A stretch of DNA of 64,000 bases, taken from contig JAWQFM010000010.1 of NCBI GenBank assembly GCA_033442325.1, positions 687,382 to 751,381 on the forward strand. Reading direction: 5' to 3'. The position numbers and the translations under genes are program-made. Position 1 is the first letter of the stretch. Every line of letters begins with the position of its first letter. The notes under the pieces are model-generated. The model ran no database searches. It was not told the DNA's origin and saw only the letters and a program-made list of their open reading frames with translations. Positions 45,920 through 64,000 of this stretch are shown here, in pieces. The DNA is from Salpingoeca rosetta (Eukaryota > Protista > Choanoflagellata).

Positions 45920-46700
45920 GTGTGTGTCAGCCACGATATGTGCACACATGCGCATGCATGCTCAACCACATTGCATTTTGTGGTGTCGACATGACGGCAA
46001 AGAGCCAAGCCAAGCCACCAAAGCCATGGGCCATGGGCATGGGTGAAGACACTGACGATGATAGACATCGCGCTGCTTCCCCCCAACCCTCTACTCCTGT
46101 CCTCCAAGACATGTGCAGAACCAAGGAATAGCTGACCTTCACGCCTGCAACGACTTCGCAGGCCACTTCCTTCTCCGGGGAGTCTGTTTTGTATGACTTG
46201 AGAAAGTCGTTCAGTACATCCGACACGGTTGGTCGCGCAGGCAGCTTTGCCAACTGCAGCCAGCAACATCAACAACGTCGCGTGTGAGCCTGATGAGAGT
46301 GTCAAAACAAAAACGAAGGCAAGCCATGCGACGAGCTGGTCGCCATTTGGTGGTTCGCACAATGAGAGGTTGAACGGAAACAACAACACAACGGGCACGC
46401 AGCACACTGCTCTGGACCTTCTTTGCTTTGATTTTGTCATGATCGTCCACCAGGCGCTTCTTCAGCTCTGCTGGCAGCGTGATTTTCGCAGGTGCATCCT
46501 CATCCGCCGCCGCAGATTGCTGAAATGTGTGATTGTGCGCGTGTGCGTGACAAACTTGTGCGTGTCGAGCAGAGTGGGTGCACGAGGAATGCCATAGCCA
46601 CACGGCGAAAGCAATTTGTGGCATGACCGTCACATGGAGTCACCTCCTTGCTTTCCCGTCGTCCTCTTGTTCGTTTCTCACGCTTGGCAGGCCGCTCCCC
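44917..46700 (-). CDS. MORF4L1: MRG15/Eaf3 (MORF4L1 family) MRG-domain protein; N-terminal exons (chromo-barrel) missing, probably in the gap
   Basis: KITLPAELKKRLVDDHD | LAKLPARPTVSDVLNDF..EVVAGVK | VYFQHCLPAILLYKFEKQQ | Y..PCTHYGGIHLLRLF | VKLPGLLAKTQL..Y..AGTEY, the canonical MRG-domain motifs. Confidence 0.88.
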
Positions 46701-46847
46701 TTTGCCATGGCCACATGTGTGTGTGTGTGTGTGATTTGCGGTACAATGGCGATGAGGACGCGGCATTCACAATTGCGCGCATCGGCAACACGCACATCAA
46801 GCACACACTGCCTCACACACTGACTCGCACACAATACACACACACAA

Positions 46848-46880
<33 letters not shown>

Positions 46881-46902
46881 CACAACACACACACACACAC
46901 AC

Positions 46903-47002
46903 NNNNNNNNNNNNNNNNNNNNNNNNNNNNNNNNNNNNNNNNNNNNNNNNNNNNNNNNNNNNNNNNNNNNNNNNNNNNNNNNNNNNNNNNNNNNNNNNNN
47001 NN
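46903..47002. other. Assembly gap (100 N, probably a placeholder size)
   Basis: N run directly after a (CA)n tract. Confidence 0.99.
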
Positions 47003-47346
47003 CACAACACTAATTTTATTCACGACACCATAAACGACTTGTCTTTATTTTCCCTCCTCGAATCTTGGACGGCAATTTGATTGGTTGGTTTTTTCAAGTC
47101 CTTCCCACACAAACAAAGCAAGAAGGCACATAGAGGGGGAAAACACACTGCACACACAAACAACGCCCCTTCCTCACCCATCTCTTCATTCGTGTTCATC
47201 TTCTGCCAAAACCAAAACGCCAAGCAGCATCCCTTCTCCCAGCAGCCGAGCCAGCTTCCGTCTCCCTTGCAGGCAGCTGTCTGTCCCTTGATGTGATCGC
47301 ATCTGTTGGGTCTCTCCGTAACGCTCCCTGCAAACAACCCACGGTA

Positions 47347-55023
<7,677 letters not shown>

Positions 55024-55799
55024 CAAGCCAGGCTGTTTCACAGGTTATGTTAGGCGTGGTGCACACACTCAGTGCCGTGTTCCGAAGCTTTGTCTATGTG
55101 CTTTAACAAAGTGTGTGTGTGTGTGTCTGTGTGTGTCTGTCTGTGTTGGCCGATGGTTGGTTTTCTTGTGGCCCTTTTCAGAGCTCTGTCATGCACAATA
55201 TACATTTTCATGTTGTGTATGTGCATGTGCTATTGCAGTCTTTTAATTTCTACTCGTCGCTTACTGGCTGGTTTCTTACCGCTTTCTGTTGTTTGACTGT
55301 CTTCCTTTGTTCTCACGACCGTCCACTTGGCGTTGCCCAAGCCATGTGTCGTTCACCACCTTTTCTTCTGTGCATCGTCGGATCCAAGATCAGACACACC
55401 TCGCAAGCTCTCTCCTTTCCATGCCTTCTTCACTGCTTGAATTTGATATGGCCGCAAGTCGCTGCACTAAACATACAAAACACGAAAGTGTACCGCATGG
55501 ACTGAAGGTCAAGAGAAACATTGAGAAAGCGGGAGAGAAGCAGAGAGGGGGAGACAGAGGCAGAGACAGAGACAAAAGATGAACAGTGACAGGCAGACAG
55601 ACAAAGACAGACAGCCAGAGACAGACACATGTTCACTTGCGTGTCGCATGATCGATGGATGCATTCCACACGCAAAAAGGCGGCAAAACCAACCTCGAAG
55701 CGCACAGGACACAAAGAAAAACACGACGAAAAGCAGAATCATAACACAAAGGCACGAATGTGCGTGTGTGCGCACGCGTGTGTACGTACGTGTGCGAGT

Positions 55800-57238
55800 T
55801 CAGTACTGGAGGATTTTCTCCAGCTCGTTGGTTTCATTGAGCTCCATGACGCGATCGTAACCGCCAATGTACTCGTCATCCACAAACAGCATTGGCAGCT
55901 GGCGCGTGCCGGCCTTCTCAAAGACCTTGTCGCGGTCCGCCTTGTCCATGAGATCCACCATCACCCACGGCTCAAAGTCGGGGCGGTTGTGCACGCCCAT
56001 GCGCTCAAACAGGCGCATCATCTCCTCGTTGTTCTTGCGGGTGACGGCGCTGGATGTGGTCGTGGACGAGTACACGCGGATCTTGCAGCGGCCGCCAAGG
56101 TCAGCGCCCTGATGACGGCGTCGTGGTGGTGATCGTGTAGTCGAGGTGGTGGTGGTGGTGAGAGTGGGTTGGTTGAGGGTGAATACGATGGATAGAACAG
56201 TTGATGTGTGTCATGGAAACAATATGAGGAGATGGCAACCAATATTGGATGCATGCAACCTTCAATGCAGGCACGTGCAAACGCAAACGCAAACGCACAC
56301 GCAAACGCACATGCACACATCACACATGCACACATGCACACACATGCACACACACACACACGCATACACATACGACACCCACCTCGTACGCGCGCCAGTC
56401 CGGGCTGCGCTCCCATGGGGGCGGGAGGCCAGCGGAGGAAGAGTCATCGGCAGGCGCTGCCTTTTCGACCTCCTTCGTCTCCTCCTCTTCCGCCTCCTTC
56501 TCGGGCTCGGGCTCAGACTCGGCAGCAATCTTGCCATCGGGCTGCACGCGCTTGGCCGTCTTGAAGTAGGAGACATATGTCATCATCGACAGGTCGTCCA
56601 GGGCAGGGTTGACCAGGTCCTCAGCCTCCAGCACCTGCGGGGGTACGAAAAGTGGGGAGGGGCGAGGGAGGTTATTGGGATGGTGGCTGATTGGTTGGTT
56701 GGTTGGTTGGTTGGTGATTTGGTTGGTTGATTGGTTGGTTGGTCGGCTGGTTGGTTCAGGCAAGTAGGGCCATTGCGGCCGTGAGAGCCATGATCACTGA
56801 CTTCGTAAAGCCAACAAGAGATTGCACAACAAAGATTGTCGTGCAACTCAAAAGTGACACAAATGCAAACGAGGCGGCAACAAGCAGTGCACGGCGGTAC
56901 CTTTGGGATGGCCAGGTGCTCGTTTGCGGTGTCAATGGCAACCTGCGCATTGCGCTTTGCGCTCTCCGTGTGCATTTCGCGGTGGTTGGGGATGAGCCAG
57001 GGCTCGCCACCTGATGGGGAGAAAGGTGAAGCCAGGTGGTGTTATTGGGCGTAGGCACACGCACACACGCAACCGCAACACCATGCACTGCATGACTGAC
57101 CAATCTTGTTGACGAGGGCGCAGAGGGCGCGGCCATCGCTCCAGTCCTTGTTGAAGTTGGAGATCTTGTACTCGGGGATTTGCGAGTTGACCCACTGCAG
57201 CCAGCGTGTGCAAGTGCGTGAGAGGAGGGGATGAGGGA

Positions 57239-57279
<41 letters not shown>

Positions 57280-58213
57280 TGACGAGGTTGATGGGGATGA
57301 TGTGTGAGGAATGGTTGTAACACTCAAAATGGAACAGCAAGCAATAGGTGGCTGAATGCGTTCAATGATGATAGGGAAGCACCCCAAACACACGGCGGTG
57401 GTGCGAAACACACACGCGCACGCGCACCTCAAGGAGGATGTCCTTTGCGCTGTTCTTCTTGGCGTTGGCAGAGGGCGCGTTCTTGAAGGCGGCGGCAATT
57501 TGGTAGTGGTAGATGATGGTCCAGATGAGGCCGAGCACGAGCTTGGTGTTGCCATCCACCACGTCCTCAGATCCAATGTTCACCACACTGCATGCAACGT
57601 GAACAGCAGTGAGACCGCGGGGGATTTGAGAAAGGAAGCGACATCGTGGTGCACGAGCGCCTACTGAGTATGTGTGTGTGTGTGTGTGTGTGTGTGTTGT
57701 GTGCGTGTTGTGTGTGTTGAGCTGAGCGGCTGCGTTGTACATACGTGAGGCCTTCCTCCTTGATGAAGTCCAGGGCATGGTTGACATTCTCAATCTCATG
57801 CACGCGAAGCTTTGGGTTCTTGTTGTAGCGCTTGAACTTCTTTCCAGAGGCAACTTCGAGCTGTCACAACAGTGTAGGCGTCACAAAGTTAGTCGTGTTG
57901 AACAGAACGATGGATGCAGAGCCTCTCGGGGGGCGTCGGTCGACACGCACAGCGGTCGCAAGAAACGCCCGAAGTAAGAGCAGAACAACAGCACACACAA
58001 CAACGAGCTGAACAGAGCAAGGTAGGCAACAGAGCAAGTAAACGTCACGATAGGGTAACTACGCCAACGAAGCATCAACGCCGCCACCCAGAGGCATGAC
58101 AAGCGACAACAACACCAACAACAACAACACCCCCAACAACAACTGAAACAACAACAACAACTTCAACAACTTCAACAACTTCAACAACAATAACTTAAAC
58201 AACAACAACAACT

Positions 58214-58301
<88 letters not shown>

Positions 58302-58690
58302 CTTAAACAACAACTTAAACAACAACAACAACAACAACTTAAACAACAACAACAACAACAACTTAAACAACAACAACTTAAACAACAACAACAACTTAAA
58401 CAACAACAACAACAACAACAACAGCAACAACAACTTAAACAACAACTTAAACAACAACAACAACTTAAACAACATACTGCTTGGATGAGGGCGACGCCGT
58501 TCTTGATAAAGTCCACGACACCATCGTCCGGAGCTTGCGGGTAGCCGCCCTTCTCAAGCTGCACGTTCACCCAGTTGGTGAATGTGCTGGTCTGCGTCTG
58601 GATCCAGCCATCACCTTGTTGCGAGCGCAGGCCAGAGCCTTCGGAAGCCTTGTTGGCCACTGCGTTGGCCAGTCCTTTCGGCATCGACAT
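55800..58690 (-). CDS. Filamin/alpha-actinin-type actin-binding domain (CH1-CH2) fused to a C-terminal glutaredoxin/SH3BGR-like domain; 7 exons
   Basis: WIQTQTSTFTNWVN; NGVALIQA|LEVASGK; HEIENVNHALDFIKEEGL; VNIGSEDVVDGNTKLVLGLIWTIIYHYQI; WVNSQIPEYKISNFNKDWSDGRALCALV; AIDTANEHLAIPK|VLEAEDL..DDLSMMTYVSYF; acidic linker; phase-0 join to exon 55800-56108 KIRVYSSTTTSS..LPMLFVDDEYIGGYDRVMELNETNELEKILQY. Exons ~58478-58690, 57745-57860, 57428-57587, 57101-57195, 56901-57010, 56383-56634, 55800-56108. Confidence 0.88.
58105..58473. repeat. Compound (AAC)n array punctuated by TTA/TTC triplets, intron 1 of the CH-Grx gene
   Basis: Seen directly. Confidence 0.9.
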
Positions 58691-58979
58691 GGTGAGAGCA
58701 GGCGCTTGAGTAAAGATGGAGACAATCAGGCTGGAAAGGGGTGTGTTGTTGTGGGGGTGGCGATCGAAAAACTAATGCAACAACAAAGCACGAACGACAC
58801 TGCACACTGCACAACGCACTGCGTCACGAGAACCAAAACAAACGCACTTTGTGGTGTTGGGATAAGCTGGCAACCGCAACTGTGTGTGGTTTTGCTGTTG
58901 TCTGTTCATCATCACTTGTCCTCCTTCCTCCCTTCCCCTCGCCTCCCCTCCCTTCGCTTCCCTTCAACTTGTTTTCAAG

Positions 58980-60078
58980 ATGCAAGGTGGCGAGGCGCTG
59001 GAAGCGCTGCTCTCTGCAGAGGCAGAGGTGTCGCGACTGCAACAGCAGCTGGCAAACCTGGACGCTGCAATCGACGCCTGCAACGAAGAGGTGCGGCCTC
59101 TTCTTCACTTGATGTCGAACCAACACACGCGCACACACACACACACGCACTGGTGTCGCTCGCCTGTGCTTTTTCTTGCTTGTTGCGTTGAAGTAGCAGC
59201 TGTGCAACCGCATCACAAGCATCGCGCACTCACTTCTATGCACCTCTCATCACACATGCACACATATGTATGTACACAAACACACACGTGTACACGCACA
59301 CACGTACACACGCACATAAGATGGTCTCTGTGACGGGGAATGATGCGCTGGTCGTAGGTGGAGGGAGCCGCCAGATGTCGGCCTTGTCGGCGCGCAGCGA
59401 CTCCATTTCTACAGCGTCATCCACCACCAGACGCCGTGCAACCCATGTATGCCGCTGTTGCAGTCCGCTGTTGTATGGTGTGCTTATCAATTTGCTACAC
59501 GCCCTCCCCTTACCACTGCCCATCTCACCCAACCACTTGTGCCGTTGCGCGTGCTGTGCTGTGCTTTTGTTGATCTTGACCGCTCAACGCAGATGGAGCG
59601 GCTGGCTGCGCTGCGCTGCGATGACACAAACCAACTCTCCGCCCGCATCAAAGAGGTTGACCGACAGCTGGACGCCATCCGCGCCAAGCGCCGTCAGCTC
59701 GCAGAGCAAGGCCTGGTTGATCCGTCGTCCGCGGCCGCGCTCCGCATCACATGGAGCCGACCGACACCCATCCTCTTGGCCAGGTGCTGTACGCAAAGTG
59801 TGCAACGCACAGGCACAACATCACGAACACGCGCTCCTACACAAGAAACGCACATGCCATGTACGTACATACAAATTTACGTTGATGTTCACCCACTCAC
59901 AACACCTTCATCTACCACTCTTGTGACATCCAGCAAACGCACCCTGTTGCCGGCGCAGGAGCTGCGTCTGGAGCATATTCGTGCAAAGAAGCACGCACTC
60001 GATCGCTTGTCAGTCTCATGCACGTGTATGTGTGTGGTTTTGTTTGTTTTTATTTTTGTCTGTGTGCGTGTGTTTGCA

Positions 60079-60151
<73 letters not shown>

Positions 60152-61555
60152 GTTTTGTCGATCTTGTGTGTGATGACACGTTCGCAACTCCAGGACCTTT
60201 GACAAGTGATGCTGTGATGCGTGCTTTCCACCCACCAATGAACAACGTATAGGCACCAGCGACCATCCCTGCCAAACATGTCTCGGGCCGCGTACCCAAA
60301 GTGGCAGCGGCCCACATACGATTTCGTGCGCAGCATCGTCACATCGCTGCTGGATGACCTGCTTGACACCAAAGGTGCGCTGCACTTGACAGTCGGCTGC
60401 ATCACATCACACACACTCAGCTTGTGTGCGTGCGTGCGTGTGTGTGTGTGTGTGTGCGTGTGTGTGTGTGTGTGTGTGCCGTCTCTCACCTGCTTGGCTT
60501 GTCTGTCGCTGTACCTGCCGGTTGTGCGTGCAGTGCTGGACATTCCCCCAGACGTCAACGCAAACTACGATTCCGCCATTGCCGCTGCACAACACCTCAA
60601 AGTCTCTTGGGTATGCAAACGATATATTTTGTGAAGCGAGACCTTCATGGCTCTATTCCCTTGCTGGTAATCACACGCAGGACCGCGACAATGGCTCTCA
60701 CGCTGCTCACATGTCCTCTTCCAATGAACGCCACCTGCACATTCACGCACGCATGTACTGCGCCTGTCGTCCAGTGGCTGGCGAAAGAGCTTGAGGAAGA
60801 GGTCATCTCCGAGGCGTGCCGGTCAGTGGCGGGCGAGTTGATAGCACTGCGCGATTTCGTGCACACGCAAGTCCGTGTACTCATGCGCTCCTCCGTCGCC
60901 TCCGCCCCAAGCACAGCCCCTGTACGCCCCCTGCCGCTGCTGAGACGCTGACATCCTTGTGCTGTGCGCTGTGCATGTTTGTGTACGTGTACTTGTGTGT
61001 GTGTATGTATGTGTGTGTACTTGTGTGTGTGTGTGTGCGTGTGTGTGTACTTGTGTGTGTACTTGTGTGTGTGTACTTGTGCGTGTGCGTACTTGTGCAT
61101 GCGTGTGTGCGTTTGATTGCCTATCTGTCTGCCTATCTATCTGTCCATCTGCGGGGTGTGGCTGCACATGTGTATTTCCGTGCCTTGCTGCTTGCGTTTC
61201 TCCAACTTGACACACACACACGCGCGCGCGCGTACGCTCATACATTCCAATGTAGGCCGAGCCACGCAGCAACCGGCTGGACCAAGTCATCGATGCAATG
61301 CTCAAAGCGCGCTCCCGCTCCTTCTACTGCATCAAGCACTCCCAGTCCGTCGCGGTGCGTCAACACCATGTTCTGCTGTACAAGAACAGACGTGGCACCA
61401 CCCTCCACGACAATATGTCTGCTTTTGCTTTGTACAACGCCTTGTCTTGCTCACCAACCTTCCCTTGTGTGTGCGTACGTCTGTGTGTGTGTGTGTGTTT
61501 GCGTGTCTCTGTGTGTGTGTGTGTGTTTGCGTGTCTGTGTGTGTGTGTGTGTTTG

Positions 61556-61602
<47 letters not shown>

Positions 61603-64000
61603 GTGTCTGTGTGTGTCTGTGTGTGTGTGTGCGTGTGCTCCGTCAGTTCCGCCGCCGTGCCGATACGACTGCGGCGACAAAGAAGAAGAAGACGGTGACG
61701 CTGCATCCGGCGGCGAAGAGCGACACAGAGGACGATGTGGAGGCGCTGGAGGATAGCGAGTTTGTGCAGGCCAGTCAAGACGGCCTCTACCCAGTCGAAT
61801 ACACGTACGTACACGCGTGTGTATGTAGGGCACGGTGTGTGCAGGCCCCAATGCTTCCGGTCACTTTGTCTGCTCCACAACGCCCTCCAGCCTTTGCAGC
61901 GTGTCTTGTATTTCTCTTCCCTGTCTGTTGAACTACTCTGCCAAACATGCTCGACATGAATGACCTACCGCGCTCTCTCATGGGCATGTGTAAATTCACA
62001 CTTGTTCTCCTTTGGCGGTCATGGCCATCAAGCAGATATGCAGGCGCCCCCTCGTCGCCGGCATCCACTACAACTTCACCAACAAATGTCCTGGTCAGTT
62101 GCTCGGAGTAATGTCACCCACCACCACACATAGTTACAACGCACGCTTGGTCTCCGCCGTAAATGTGCCAGAAAACACGTGGCAGGAGACAAATGCGCAC
62201 ACACTTGATTTTCACACGTGCACTGAGTGCGCCTGCCTCTCCGTTGCTGCATCCTCAACAGCCGCTGGCGCCAAACTGGACGAGAGATCCGTCGAGGGAG
62301 TGGCGGGCGGCGTTTGCGCAATCGCTCGACGTGACCTTCTCGCCGTCTCGAAAGTTTGCATGCCTGTTGTCCCAGGTAGAGAGAGAAACAAAGTTTCGTG
62401 TGCAGTTGATGCTGTTCTGCCAACTGCCACTTTGCTTGTTGCGTTTGCTGCCTTGGTTATTTGTTTTTGATATTTTGTTTGCAGTTCCTATGTTGGAGTC
62501 AGCATGTGTGCGTCATGGTGGATTTGTCTCAGTGGTTCACCCCTGCTCCCCCCCCCCACCCCCTCGCTCCCCATTGTATCCACGCACATCTCCCCCCCCC
62601 TCCCCCCTTCTCCTTCATCAGCGTGACCTGGTGGTCATTCGCTTTGACGGCGGCAAATTCGGCCACACCCTCACCCACGACCCCGTGCACGCAAAGCCGA
62701 TTTTCGTGTCCTGGGCAGAGGTGAGACCTTGTCGGCCTCGTGTGCTCACAACTGATGCCCAGACTCCCACATACAACAGTCACGGTTGCTAGGTTGTTGA
62801 GCATGACTAGGGGCAGGGTTGTGTTGTGTGTACTCACCCAACATCTGTACGTACGTACACACACACACGTACACATGGATGTGCGTGTGTGTGTGTGTGT
62901 GTGCGTTTACAGAATGAGCAGTCGTTTCTTGTGCTGCACGATGATTCTTCGCTCAGCCTCTGGTGGGTGGTTTGTACAATGGACAGCCGCGTGCCATGCC
63001 GCACTTGTTTACATCGCCTTTCTGTTCTTGTGTGATCTCATGACGTCACTTCACACTGTTCCTCTCGCACCTCCTCCCTCCACCCCCTTTGCGAACTCTT
63101 GCCTGTCGAAACCGAAACAGGACGTTCAACACAACCGCACACACCCGCTCGTGTGTTGCCATCACCATTGCGCAGATGATGAAACTGCCAACCAGGTCGC
63201 TACTGATTAATGGTGGTATTTGTTTGCGGTGGCTGTGGTTGTGGTGATGTTTGTGGTGGTTGTGGCAGTGACTGTGCTCATGTAATCGGTCATTTGAATT
63301 GTGACCATGCCGTGCGCAACTGTCATGGTTTAACAAATACACACACGCACATACACACACACATACTTCTTGCCTTATCGTTTGTTCACGCACCACCACC
63401 GTGATCGTGTTTGCCCATGTGTGCGAGCAGCTTCGACGGCCTGACGCTGATGCCGATTCGCTGCCATTTCCTTCCGTCGTTTTCACTCCTGGGCGATCAA
63501 ACACACGCGCTTGTCATGTTTGCCAACGGTGACATGCTGCCCATTGCATTGCCCTCCCTGACATCGCCCATAACTCCTGCCCCGACAACACCAGCGAGCC
63601 GCAGCACCAGCGGGACGCGGAGACGAACAGCAGCAGCAGCGCAGAGCAACTCGAATAATGGCAGTGGTGTCCGCGATGATGGTGATGGTGGAGGTGATGG
63701 GGGAGAGCAGACCAACCGTGGCGATGATGGTGGTCGTGAGAACACCGGCGGGGATGGTGCTGAGAGGCTAACACGCATGCCACGACGAAGCAGCATCTCC
63801 ATCAGCACGACAGGCTTGAAGACCACGCGCACCAGCACTGTTGGGGGCCCGCTCGGCAGTCGAAAGGCAACCAGCACCATGCAGCAGCAACAGCAACAGC
63901 AACAAGGCAACCGACAAAGCGTAAATCCCTCGCGCTACGGGACGCTTTCCCGCACTCGCGGCAGTCGACAGTTGGCAAACCACCTGTGCCGAGGTCAATT
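58980..64000 (+). CDS. Hypothetical multi-exon protein: N-terminal coiled coil, later beta-propeller-like segments; continues beyond the window
   Basis: ATG 58980 MQGGEALEALLSAEAEVSRLQQQLANLD..NEE | MVSVTG.. | MERLAALR..IKEVDRQLDAIRAKRRQL | ... | WLAKELEEEV.. | FSPSRKFACLLSQ | RDLVVIRFDG..IFVSWAE | NEQSFLVLHDDSSLSLW | FDGLTLMPIRCHFLPSFSLLGDQTHALVMFANGDML.. stays open to 64000. GT-AG junctions in consistent phase where checked. Confidence 0.7.

Overview
Eukaryotic, intron-rich, microsatellite-dense genomic DNA. The style ((GT)n/(CA)n-filled short introns, GC-rich codons, holozoan-type domains such as laminin-N, filamin-type CH, TBC1D10 and NWD) suggests a choanoflagellate, most likely Salpingoeca rosetta; this is inference. 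Most ORF-track entries are artefacts of simple repeats, so genes were rebuilt by joining GT-AG exons in phase by eye. About 14 genes are supported, in order: an orphan helical protein (3' part only); a 13.5-kb NWD1/2-like DUF4062-NACHT-WD40 gene ending in a CaaX exon; Hsp110; an IDR+WD40 gene; ZNF622/Rei1 with an apparent frameshift; an intronless orphan ORF bracketed by 132-bp direct repeats; an orphan glycine-zipper/PTAP protein; a TBC1D10-like RabGAP; COX10; an ankyrin protein with an F-box-like tail; MRG15/Eaf3 (5' end in a gap); a laminin-N/LE/furin-repeat type I membrane protein; a CH-CH + glutaredoxin/SH3BGR fusion; and an orphan coiled-coil/beta-propeller-like gene running off the end. 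There are two assembly gaps. The best leads are the direct-repeat-flanked orphan cassette, the actin-binding-domain/glutaredoxin-fold fusion, and the usherin/netrin-like receptor with a tyrosine + PDZ tail, which sits among other genes with possible microvillus links.
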